Shown here: piece by piece, positions 19,135 to 27,679 of the stretch
Numbering within the stretch: the stretch's first letter is position 1
Layout: every line of letters starts with the position of its first letter
DNA from: Halobacteriaceae archaeon
GTDB lineage: Archaea > Halobacteriota > Halobacteria > Halobacteriales > Halobacteriaceae
Assembly: GCA_042216675.1 (NCBI GenBank)
Contig: JBDGTS010000017.1
Location: 1-44,108 of the forward strand
Length of the DNA stretch: 44,108 nt
Reading direction: 5' to 3'
The notes under the pieces: model-generated
Seen by the model: the letters and a program-made list of their open reading frames with translations, nothing else
The model's database searches: none
What the model was told of the DNA's origin: nothing
Made by a program: the position numbers and the translations under genes

Positions 19135-19923
19135 ATGCCCGTCATCGAAGTCAACGGCCTACGGAAGGAGTATGGCTCGGGTGCGGAGGCCGTCGTCGCC
19201 GTCGAGGGCCTCGACCTCGGAATCGAGGCAGGCGAAGTGTTCGGCTTCCTCGGCCCCAACGGCGCCGGCAAGTCCACGACCATCAACATGCTGCTAGACT
19301 TCGTGCGGCCCACCGCCGGGTCGGCGACGATTCTCGGCCGGGACGTGACCGACGCGTCTGAGGCCCTCCGGCGCCACGTCGGCGTTCTCCCCGAGGGGGT
19401 CGGCCTCTACGGCCGTCTCACGGGGCGCCGCCACCTGGAGTTCGCGGTCGACTGGAACGACGCCGCCGACGACCCCGACGACGTACTCGCGCGGGTCGGC
19501 CTCTCAGAGGCCGACGCGGTCCGACCCGTCGGCGACTACTCGCGCGGGATGCAACAGCGACTCGCGCTCGGGATGGCCATCGTGGGCGACCCCGACGTGC
19601 TGATTCTGGACGAACCGTCCTCGGGGCTTGACCCCCACGGAATCCAGCAGATGCGCGAACTCGTCCGCGAGGAGGCCGCCCGCGGCACCACGGTGTTCGT
19701 CTCCTCGCACATCCTCGGCGAGGTGGAGGCCGTCTGCGACCGCGTGGGCATCCTCCACGAGGGGGCGCTCGTCGCCGTGGACGACGTGGACAGCCTCCGC
19801 CGCCGGGTCGGTGCCGGCGCCGACGTCCTCGACGTCGACTCCGAATCACCGTCGCTCGAAGACGTGTTCACGGCGTACACCACGGCGGACGAGGCACCCC
19901 GGGAGCGGGGGGTGGTCGCATGA
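19135..19923 (+). CDS. ABC transporter ATP-binding protein
   Basis: GPNGAGKST, YSRGMQQR, LILDEP, VSSH. Confidence 0.95.
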   Translation: MPVIEVNGLRKEYGSGAEAVVAVEGLDLGIEAGEVFGFLGPNGAGKSTTINMLLDFVRPTAGSATILGRDVTDASEALRRHVGVLPEGVGLYGRLTGRRHLEFAVDWNDAADDPDDVLARVGLSEADAVRPVGDYSRGMQQRLALGMAIVGDPDVLILDEPSSGLDPHGIQQMRELVREEAARGTTVFVSSHILGEVEAVCDRVGILHEGALVAVDDVDSLRRRVGAGADVLDVDSESPSLEDVFTAYTTADEAPRERGVVA

Positions 19924-20816
19924 CGGCGACGTGGGTGGACGTGGCGCGCAAGGACGTCGAGGACGCCGCCCGCTCGAAGATGCTGTGGGGCTTCATCGCC
20001 GTCTTCGCCGCGTTCGTGACGATGGCGCTCCCCGTCGCCGACCAACTGTTCCCCGCAGCGGCGACGGTGACGCCGGCGAAGGCGCTCTCCGGCGTGGCGA
20101 TGCTCGCACAGCTGTTCGTCCCGGGCATCGCGCTCGTGGCGGGCTACATGGCCGTCGTCGGCGAGCGACGGTCGGGGAGCCTCCGCGTGCTGTTGGGCGC
20201 CCCCTTCTCTCGGCGGGACGTGGTCGCCGGGAAACTAGCGGGCCGCCTCCTCGTCACGGTGCTCTCGCTGACGGTGGGCTTCGCCGTCGCCAGCGTCCTC
20301 GTCGTGACGCTGTACGGCGTGCCCGACGGCTGGGCGTTCGCGGGCTTCGTCGGCGCGGGCGTTCTCTTGGGCGCGACGTTCACCGGCCTCGCCGTCGGCG
20401 GGTCCGCGCTCGCGTCGTCTCGTGGCACCGCGATGACCGTGACTATCGGCCCGTTCATGGCGATGGTGTTCTTCTGGAAGCCCGTCGTGGCCGGCCTCTA
20501 CTACGCCGTCACGGGGTCGTTGCCGGGCCTCCACGCCGAGCAGTGGTACTTCGTGCTGAAGCGCCTGAACCCGCTGGAGGCGTTCCGCGTCCTCGCGAGC
20601 ACGGCACTCGACGAACGGGTGACGGCCGTCCCCCGCTTCCCCGTCGAGGACGTGCCCCGACGTGCGCCGCTCGAACAGGTGGAGCTAGCCAATCGGCTCG
20701 CCGGGCCGGTGCCGTTCTACCTCGACCCGTGGTTCTCGGCCGTCGTGTTGCTCGCGTGGGGCGCCGTTCCGGTCCTCCTCGGGGTCCGGCACTTCGACCG
20801 GTCGGACCTCGGGTAG
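19920..20816 (+). CDS. ABC-2/NosY-type transporter permease
   Basis: VARKDVEDAARS, VVGERRSGSLRVLLGAPFSRRDVVAGK, about 6 TMs, ends FDRSDLG; ATGA overlap with the ATPase. Confidence 0.92.
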   Translation: MTATWVDVARKDVEDAARSKMLWGFIAVFAAFVTMALPVADQLFPAAATVTPAKALSGVAMLAQLFVPGIALVAGYMAVVGERRSGSLRVLLGAPFSRRDVVAGKLAGRLLVTVLSLTVGFAVASVLVVTLYGVPDGWAFAGFVGAGVLLGATFTGLAVGGSALASSRGTAMTVTIGPFMAMVFFWKPVVAGLYYAVTGSLPGLHAEQWYFVLKRLNPLEAFRVLASTALDERVTAVPRFPVEDVPRRAPLEQVELANRLAGPVPFYLDPWFSAVVLLAWGAVPVLLGVRHFDRSDLG

Positions 20817-20819
20817 CCC

Positions 20820-21458
20820 TCAGACACCGTCGAAGAGGGCGTCCAGCACGTTGCGCTCGGCGCGTTGGAGATGCTCCGCGACCGTCGAGGAGTCGAGGCC
20901 GACCGCCGCGGCCACGTCCTCCGTCGACGCCTCGCGGGGCACGTCGTAGTAGCCCATCTCGTAGGCCGTCCGCAGCACGTCGCGCTGGCGGTCGGTCAGC
21001 CGCTCGGCCGCGTTCGCCGCCGACCCCTCGTAACTGGTCAGACGCCGGAGAATCGGGTTCATGCCCGCCTCGTCGTTGGCGGCGACGCTCTCGCTGATTT
21101 CGTCCTGCGAGCCGACGACGGAGAGGTCGATGCCACCCTCGTGGACGCTCGCCACGTCGTGGGCCGTCGCTCGCTCGTCGAGACCGTGCTCCGCGTCGTG
21201 CGTCGGCTCGACCTTGCAGAGATACGTGACGCCCGCCGCTGAGGAGGTGAGGCGCTCCCACCAAACGACCGACTCGAACCGGTCGAGGTCCGCGGGCGGG
21301 ATCGGCTCCGCGACGCGCACTTGCAGAATCCCGCCCGCGCCGTGGCAGACGAGTTCGGTCACGTCGCGGAGGCTCGCCTCCCGCGTGGCCTCGACGACGT
21401 CGGCGATGCCGATGGCCTCGAGTTCGGCGTCGCTGAGTTGGATGATGGCTTCGCGCAT
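20820..21458 (-). CDS. HTH_10 (Bat-type C-terminal HTH) transcriptional regulator
   Basis: LTDRQRDVLRTAYEMGYYDVPREASTEDVAAAVGLDSSTVAEHLQRAE. Confidence 0.92.
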   Translation of the reverse strand: MREAIIQLSDAELEAIGIADVVEATREASLRDVTELVCHGAGGILQVRVAEPIPPADLDRFESVVWWERLTSSAAGVTYLCKVEPTHDAEHGLDERATAHDVASVHEGGIDLSVVGSQDEISESVAANDEAGMNPILRRLTSYEGSAANAAERLTDRQRDVLRTAYEMGYYDVPREASTEDVAAAVGLDSSTVAEHLQRAERNVLDALFDGV

Positions 21459-21527
21459 CGGTGTGGCCCGCGGCCGCTGACCACGGGTCGTCGTTCGACT
21501 ACGGGATGGACTCGGATAAATCTCCGC

Positions 21528-21998
21528 TCACAGCCGTCGTGCGCGCCGGGTGTGGGCCGCCGCGTCTGCTCGGTCCGCGTCGAACAGCCACACGAACACC
21601 GGCACGTAGAGGAGCCACGCGAGGACGAACCCAGCCCCGAACAGGACGCTCCGCGTTTCGAGTGCCATCAGAACGCCGTCCGCACAGCCGACGAACAGGA
21701 CGACGACGGCCAGTATCGCCGGCGACGGCCGGTCGAGCCAGTCGTACAGCACACCGACGAGCGACCCGACGACGTAGCCCGTGGCGTACCGCGCCGTCGC
21801 GGCGAGGGCGACGTTGCCCCAGAACAGCGCCGCCACCGGAATGCCGCCGACCCCGAGTGCGGCCAGCATCGGCTCGACACCCGCGTAGACTGACTGCCGC
21901 GTGTGCAGGACGCTCAGGGCGGCGAGCGCTCCCGTCAGGAGGCCGACGACCCGGCCCGCCTTGACGCCCGTTTTCGCCGGGTCGACGCGTTCGACCAT
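21528..21998 (-). CDS. Hypothetical membrane protein
   Basis: Four to five hydrophobic segments; 9 nt downstream of the YbjQ-like gene on the same strand. Confidence 0.65.
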   Translation of the reverse strand: MVERVDPAKTGVKAGRVVGLLTGALAALSVLHTRQSVYAGVEPMLAALGVGGIPVAALFWGNVALAATARYATGYVVGSLVGVLYDWLDRPSPAILAVVVLFVGCADGVLMALETRSVLFGAGFVLAWLLYVPVFVWLFDADRADAAAHTRRARRL

Positions 21999-22007
21999 CC
22001 GGCCCGT

Positions 22008-22322
22008 CTACTCCAGCGACACGGCGGTGCCGTATGCGATGACCTCCGACCCGCCTTTGGCGATGGAGGAACTCTCCATCCTGACGTTGACGACGGCGTC
22101 GGCGCCCATCGACTCCGCGTCCTCCTTCATCCGTTCGAGCGCTTCGTCGCGGGCATCGGTCAGGAGTTCGGAGTAGGCGCTCAGTTCGCCGCCGGTGATG
22201 TTGCGGATGCTCTGCGTGATGTCGCGGCCGACGTTGCGCGCCTTCACCGTGTTGCCCCGCGCGATGCCGAGCGGTTCGTCGATTTCGCGACCGGGGACCG
22301 TTTCAGTCGTGACGAACTCCAT
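22008..22322 (-). CDS. YbjQ/UPF0145 family protein
   Basis: TTETVPGREI..GNTVKARNVGRD..GGELSAY..AREALERM-type helix..GADAVVNVR..EVIAYGTAV. Confidence 0.95.
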   Translation of the reverse strand: MEFVTTETVPGREIDEPLGIARGNTVKARNVGRDITQSIRNITGGELSAYSELLTDARDEALERMKEDAESMGADAVVNVRMESSSIAKGGSEVIAYGTAVSLE

Positions 22323-22631
22323 ACGCGTTTCTGTGGGCGCGCCAGTAATGAAACCCCGGCAACTGTGTCAGGGGTAGAGCGGCCGGTTCGTCGCCGCTTC
22401 GGGCCCCTTGCGGAGATGACGCCCGGCGCCGCTCTCGGGAGTGTGCCTCCCTAACCAAGATTGAAGTATCACCGCCACGACGTGACTCCCGTGACTGCGT
22501 AGCCAGCGGGGTAACTGAACCGCTCGGTTGCCCGTTGCCCATCACGCCGGGTATCGGCCCCGTCTCCAGCGCCTTCTATCGCACACTCTCGTTCGCTCAC
22601 TGCCGACCGCCGTTCGAATCCAGCACGCACC

Positions 22632-23546
22632 ATGACAGACACCGACACCGCTCGCGGCGTCCTCCTCGGCCTCGCCTGCGGCGACGCCCTCGGACGCCCA
22701 ATCGAGTTCAAATCCGCGCGACGCATCGACAACGAACACGGCACCGTCACCGAGATGCTCGGCGACGGCGCCCACGGCCAGCCACCGGGCACCATCACCG
22801 ACGACGCGGAAATGGCGCTCTGCATCGCACGCAGTCTCGCCGACTGCGGGACGTTCGACCCGGCCGACGTAGCCGGCCGATTCCTCGACTGGTACCGCAG
22901 CGACCCGTTCGATATCGGCCTGATGACCGTCGACGCCCTCCGTCACCTCCGGGACGGCGCGTCGTGGGACGAGGCCGGCCAGACGGTCTGGGAGCAGCGT
23001 CCAGAGGGCCAGAACGCGGGCAACGGGAGCGTGATGCGGTGCGCACCGCTGGCCGTCGCCTACGGGGACGACCCGGCCCGCCTCGCAGACGTCAGCCGGC
23101 AGTCCTCGCGCATCACCCACGCCGACCCGCGGTGTACGGTCGGCTGCGCCGTGCTGAATCTCACCATCGCCGGCGTCAGAGACGGGTCGCCGTCGCCGCT
23201 CGCTGACGCCCTCGGGCATCTCGGCGACGACGTGCCCGACGAACTGGGGGCGGCGCTCGACGCTATCGCCGCCGGCGAATCGCCGCCCGAGTTGCCCACC
23301 TCAGGCTACGTCGTCCACACGCTCCAGACGGCGCTCCACGACGGTCTGCGCGCCGCCGACGCCGAAACGGCCATCGTCACGGCCGTCAATCGTGGCGGCG
23401 ACACGGACACTATCGGCGCCGTCACGGGCGCCGTCGCCGGCGCTCGGTTCGGCGAGTCCGGCCTCCCCGACCGCTGGCTTGCGGCCCTCGACGGGACCAC
23501 GGAACTCCGTTCGCTCGCCGACACGCTCTCGTCCCTGTCGGATTGA
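22632..23546 (+). CDS. ADP-ribosylglycohydrolase (DraG/ARH family)
   Basis: GLACGDALGRPIEF, TITDDAEM, AGNGSVMR, SSRITHAD, GGDTDTIGAVTG; Mg-binding motifs intact. Confidence 0.95.
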   Translation: MTDTDTARGVLLGLACGDALGRPIEFKSARRIDNEHGTVTEMLGDGAHGQPPGTITDDAEMALCIARSLADCGTFDPADVAGRFLDWYRSDPFDIGLMTVDALRHLRDGASWDEAGQTVWEQRPEGQNAGNGSVMRCAPLAVAYGDDPARLADVSRQSSRITHADPRCTVGCAVLNLTIAGVRDGSPSPLADALGHLGDDVPDELGAALDAIAAGESPPELPTSGYVVHTLQTALHDGLRAADAETAIVTAVNRGGDTDTIGAVTGAVAGARFGESGLPDRWLAALDGTTELRSLADTLSSLSD

Positions 23547-23572
23547 AGGCCCTTGGCCCCGAAGCCGATTGC

Positions 23573-24238
23573 ATGTGCGGCCGAAACGCGCTGTTCCTCG
23601 ACCGGCGCACCCTCGAAGCCCGGTTCGACGCCGAACTCGTCGTCGACGGCGGCTACACCCCCCGCTACAACGTCGCACCGGGGGACCGACTCGAAGTGGT
23701 CACGAACGAGGCCCCGGGCGAAATCGACCGCTTCCACTGGGGTCTGATACCGGAGTGGGCCGACGCGCCGACGGCGAGGCACTTCAACGCCCGGGCGGAG
23801 TCGGTCGCCGAGAAACCGCTCTTCGAGCGAGCGTCGGCGTCGCGGCCGTGTCTCGTCCTCTCCTCGGGGTTCTACGAGTGGGACGACGCGAATCGGCCGC
23901 ACCGAATCTATCGCGAGGACGGCGCGTTCGCGATGGCCGGCCTGTGGCGCGTCTGGCGCGGCGACGACGGCCTCGTGGCGTGCGTGACCGTACTCACGAC
24001 CGAAGCGAACGAGACGATGCGGCCGATTCACGACCGGATGCCGGTGGTTCTGCCCCCGGACGCCGAATCGGAGTGGCTCACCGCCGACCCCGGGGTCCGG
24101 TCGGACCTCTGCCGGCCGTTTTCGGGTGACCTGACCGTCGATCCGATTTCGACGCGCGTCAACGACACCGCGAACGACGACCCGAACATAATCGAACCGC
24201 TCGGGCACGAACAAACTGGTTTGGGGGAGTTCGGATGA
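23573..24238 (+). CDS. SRAP (HMCES/YedK family) abasic-site crosslinking protein
   Basis: Starts MCGR (catalytic Cys2), PRYNVAP, WGLIP, FNARAES, GFYEW, IHDRMP. Confidence 0.95.
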   Translation: MCGRNALFLDRRTLEARFDAELVVDGGYTPRYNVAPGDRLEVVTNEAPGEIDRFHWGLIPEWADAPTARHFNARAESVAEKPLFERASASRPCLVLSSGFYEWDDANRPHRIYREDGAFAMAGLWRVWRGDDGLVACVTVLTTEANETMRPIHDRMPVVLPPDAESEWLTADPGVRSDLCRPFSGDLTVDPISTRVNDTANDDPNIIEPLGHEQTGLGEFG

Positions 24239-24273
24239 GAGGGGTCGGCGCGGCCACGTGGTGGGGTCGGCGC

Positions 24274-24663
24274 TCAGGACCACGCCTCCCGCAGAAACAC
24301 CAGCACCCCGCCCAGCATCGCTAGATTGCCGAAGAACGCCAGTCGCTCGCCGCTCCGGTCGTCCTCGTCGGCGTTCCAGAAGTCGTGCATCGTCAGCGTG
24401 ACGCCGGTCAGAAACCCCGCGGCGGCACCGGTCGCTAGCCTCGGGAGGCGCCACAGGGCGATGCCGAGGCCGGCGACGACCATCGTCCCCGACGCGAGCG
24501 GTGCCAGCACGTCGGGCATCGGAACGCCGGCAGACTCGGCGTAGGAGACTGTGTCCTCCATGTCGCGGAAGTCCTCGGAGGCCTGCAGGGCGAGGCCGAG
24601 TCCGAGCGCGATGCGACCGAGCCGTGAGAGCGAAGCGCCATCGCTCCCCGTCGAATCGGACAT
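24274..24663 (-). CDS. DoxX family membrane protein
   Basis: LGRIALG..GVPMP..TLTMHDFW..FFGNLAMLGG. Confidence 0.88.
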   Translation of the reverse strand: MSDSTGSDGASLSRLGRIALGLGLALQASEDFRDMEDTVSYAESAGVPMPDVLAPLASGTMVVAGLGIALWRLPRLATGAAAGFLTGVTLTMHDFWNADEDDRSGERLAFFGNLAMLGGVLVFLREAWS

Positions 24664-24888
24664 ACGCGACTGTTCTCGCCCGAGACCAAAAGTGTGGTTG
24701 GCAGCCAGAGCCGTCGCTCGGGAGTGTTGAGCGACGGTGTAGGTCAGCGGCGGGACCGCACGTGGAGACCACGCGTGGCCGAAAGGCGCCGTCTGACCGT
24801 GCCGTCTCGTATACGGAGGCGCCAGTCACTCAAGACACCTTCGGTCCGACCGCCCGTCACTCGGCCGCAAGGCGGTCCGCGGCCGGGG

Positions 24889-25140
24889 TCACTCCGCTCG
24901 GGACACGACAGCGTCGAGCGCGTTCTGCATGACGCTCCGGAGCCCCTTCTCCGCGTTCTGTCGCAAGGCGTCCCCCTCGCCGCCCGTCGCGACGACGTCG
25001 CCGTTCCGGTGGACGAGTCGCCAGCGCCACTCGTCGGCGGTGTCCTGATACACCTCGAAGCGACCGAGCGAGGACCGCGGCACGTCCGGCGCGTCCGCGG
25101 CGAAGTCGTCGTCGAGGGCCTCGGTCGCGGGCGAGGCCGG
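24889..25140 (-). pseudogene. DUF1508/YegP-like (HVO_2922-like) domain, probably a 5'-truncated remnant
   Basis: GRFEVYQDTADEWRWRLVHRNGDVVATGGEG..RQNAEKGLRSVMQNA. No nearby ATG; the only track start (GTG 25209) overlaps the opposite-strand gene. Confidence 0.6.
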
Positions 25141-25186
25141 GGGAGACAGGGTTATCCCCGTTCGGCCCCTACTGAGACACAGTACC

Positions 25187-25387
25187 GTGCCGACCAATCC
25201 CTCCACCACGTTCGACGAGTCGCCGCGACCGAAGGACGCGCTGTTCTGCCCCGACTGCGGGCACGAGAGCGGCGTCGACGGCGACTGGTGTGTCCGCGAC
25301 GAGGGCGAAAGCCGCGTCTACGACTGTCCGGAATGCGGCACCACCATCATCAGGCGCGACGACGCGCGACCGCTGCTCTGTCCCTGA
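25187..25387 (+). CDS. Small CPxCG zinc-finger protein
   Basis: PKDALFCPDCGHES..DGDW..VYDCPECGT; 66 aa. Confidence 0.85.
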   Translation: MPTNPSTTFDESPRPKDALFCPDCGHESGVDGDWCVRDEGESRVYDCPECGTTIIRRDDARPLLCP

Positions 25388-25480
25388 GGGGCGGTCCCGC
25401 GCCGGAAGGTTTAGGCGCTCTCCACGGAAGGAGTGAGCCATGGCTCGACACGACGAGAGCGTGCGACGCGGGGTAGACCG

Positions 25481-26332
25481 ATGATTCACAGCGACTGGGG
25501 CCAGTGGTTCGTCGACGAGGAGATCGACGGTTCGGACGTAGAGGGCGTCTCGCTGTGGTATCTCGGCGTGACCGGCTTCGCCGTCCGCACGCCCGAAGTG
25601 ACCGTCTACATCGACCCGTACTTCAGCACCGAGCGTGACCGCGAACACGTCGCGCGGATGCCCCCGGTGCCGATGGAGCCACAGTGGGCCGACGCCTGCG
25701 ACGCCGTGTTCTGCACGCACGACCACCGAGACCACTTCTGGCCGCCGTCCTTCGGCCCGCTTCTCGGCGACGACGCGTCGGTCCACGCGCCGGCGGAGTG
25801 CTACGAGAACCACGACGTGAGCGACATCCCTGCCGGCCAGCGGGAAGTCGCCGCGCCCGGCGACTCCTACGAAATCGGGGACCTCACGGTCCACGTCCGG
25901 GGCGGCAACGACCCGGACGCAGACGGGAGCGTCACCTACGTCTTCGAGCACGAGGCGGGGACGATTTTCCACGGCGGCGACAACCGCCCCTGCGAGGCGT
26001 TCCACGACACGGGCGACGAGTTCGACATCGACCTCGGCACGCTCGCGTACGGCACCGTCGGCCGCCTCCTGAACGACGACGGCGAAGTAGTGCGGCGGAA
26101 ACTGTACAACAGCACCGACGACGTCATCGAGGCCGCGAACGCCCTCGAAATCGACCGGCTGGTGCCGACTCACTGGCGTCGCTGGCGGGCGATTCAGGCC
26201 GACCCCGGGGCGCTGTCGAAGGCCGCGACGACGTTCCCCTACCCGCACGTCATCGAGGAGATAGAGGTGGGTGACCGACTGCGACTCGGCCGGCCGGGCG
26301 TCATCCCGCCCACGCACCTCGGCGGCGAGTGA
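25481..26332 (+). CDS. MBL-fold metallo-hydrolase (UlaG-like)
   Basis: LWYLGVTGF, YIDPY, THDHRDHF, FHGGD, LVPTHW; start at ATG 25481. Confidence 0.9.
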   Translation: MIHSDWGQWFVDEEIDGSDVEGVSLWYLGVTGFAVRTPEVTVYIDPYFSTERDREHVARMPPVPMEPQWADACDAVFCTHDHRDHFWPPSFGPLLGDDASVHAPAECYENHDVSDIPAGQREVAAPGDSYEIGDLTVHVRGGNDPDADGSVTYVFEHEAGTIFHGGDNRPCEAFHDTGDEFDIDLGTLAYGTVGRLLNDDGEVVRRKLYNSTDDVIEAANALEIDRLVPTHWRRWRAIQADPGALSKAATTFPYPHVIEEIEVGDRLRLGRPGVIPPTHLGGE

Positions 26333-26384
26333 CCGGCGGGCGTTCGAGGCAAATCCTAATAGCCGGCGGCGCCACGGCCCCTCA

Positions 26385-27155
26385 ATGCCACGACTCGAAA
26401 CGCTTCGCATCTATCCGGTGAAGGGACTCGACGGCGTGACGGAGGACGCCGCTGCGGTTCTCGGCGGCGGCACGCTGGCTGGCGACCGGGAGTTCGCGCT
26501 GTTCGACGCCGACGGCGAGGTCATCAACGGGAAGCGGACCGACCGGGTCCACGACCTCCAGACGGACTACGACCGGGCGTCACGGTCGCTCACCGTCGAG
26601 ACGCCCGCGGGGGAGACGGCGACGTTCGCGCTGGACGAGGAGCCGGAGCGTGCCGCCGACTGGTTCGGCGACTTCTTTGGCGAAGACCTGACGGTCCGCC
26701 GGGACACGTCGCTCGGGTTCGTTGACCGCCGGGAGATGGGGCCGTCGGTCATCAGCACCGCGACGCTAGAGACAGTAGCGTCGTGGTTCGACGAGATGAC
26801 GGTCGCGGGTGCGCGGCGACGGCTCCGCGCGAACGTCGAGATTTCGGGCGTCCCGGCGTTCTGGGAGGACCGCTTCGTCGGCGAAGACGCCCCGGCGTTC
26901 GCGGTCGGTGGCGTCCGGTTCGAGGGTGTGACGCCCTGCGGGCGGTGTGTGGTGCCACGGCGTGACCCCGACACGGGCGAGCCGATTCCCGAGTTCCGCG
27001 AGACGTTCCTCGAAAAGCGCGCGGAGACGTTTCCGGAGTGGGCCGACGAGGACGCCTTCGAGCATTTGTACACGGTGATGATTATCACCCGCGTCCCCCA
27101 GTCGCACCGCGACGAGACGCTTCGCGTCGGCGACGACGTGTCAGTCCTGAACTGA
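26385..27155 (+). CDS. MOSC domain protein
   Basis: IYPVKGL, GDREFAL, RRLRANVEI, FWED, PCGRCVVP, LRVGD; start at ATG 26385. Confidence 0.92.
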   Translation: MPRLETLRIYPVKGLDGVTEDAAAVLGGGTLAGDREFALFDADGEVINGKRTDRVHDLQTDYDRASRSLTVETPAGETATFALDEEPERAADWFGDFFGEDLTVRRDTSLGFVDRREMGPSVISTATLETVASWFDEMTVAGARRRLRANVEISGVPAFWEDRFVGEDAPAFAVGGVRFEGVTPCGRCVVPRRDPDTGEPIPEFRETFLEKRAETFPEWADEDAFEHLYTVMIITRVPQSHRDETLRVGDDVSVLN

Positions 27156-27161
27156 GGGGCG

Positions 27162-27620
27162 CTACTCTCGCACGACAAGCGTGTCTCCGACCCTGTCGCC
27201 GAGACGCCTGTCGCGGTCCGAGAGCAAGAGCGCGACGATGCCGACGAGGTAGAACAGCGGGAGCCAGTCGACGAGTCTGAGCGCGTTGCGGACCAGCGAG
27301 GCGCGGAGCGACGGCGCGGCCCCGTCGTCGCCGACGACGCGGATGCTCACGAGGTACTTCCCGATGGTCTTGCCGTAGCGCCACTCCGCGAGCGTGTGGT
27401 AGCCGATGCCGAGGGCGAGCCAGAGGCCCAGAGCGACAGTCGCCGGGGTGCCTTCGAGCGACGCGTTGACGCCCTCAGCGGTCGTTTCGAGTTGGCCGGT
27501 GGCCGCCGCCACCGGGTAGATAGCCACGAACAGGAACACGAACCAGACGCCCGAATCGATGGCCATCGACACGCCGCGGATGCCGAGGCCACAGGTGTCG
27601 GGGCTGTCAGCGTCGTCCAT
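27162..27620 (-). CDS. RDD family membrane protein
   Basis: IRGVSMAIDS, EWRYGKTIGKYLVSIRVV, SLVRNALR, RRLGDRVGDTLVV; start at ATG 27620. Confidence 0.9.
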   Translation of the reverse strand: MDDADSPDTCGLGIRGVSMAIDSGVWFVFLFVAIYPVAAATGQLETTAEGVNASLEGTPATVALGLWLALGIGYHTLAEWRYGKTIGKYLVSIRVVGDDGAAPSLRASLVRNALRLVDWLPLFYLVGIVALLLSDRDRRLGDRVGDTLVVRE

Positions 27621-27679
27621 GTCCGAGCATGGCGGCCGGGGCATAAAGACCCGCCCGGGGCGTTTCTCCCCGCGAAGCC

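Noticed and set aside
17403-19313. 636-aa minus-strand ORF and similar long Arg/Gly-rich ORFs (23306..24829, 34698..36557, 37750..39186)
   Set aside because: Overlap well-supported genes in other frames or strands, with non-halophilic composition and no motifs.
22380-22631. 250-nt gap before the ARH gene as a possible toxin ORF or ncRNA
   Set aside because: No acidic ORF, ADP-ribosyltransferase motif or convincing structure seen.
25481-26332. MBL hydrolase as glyoxalase II for MgsA-derived methylglyoxal
   Set aside because: Its features are UlaG-like rather than GloB-like, and it lies outside the glp units.
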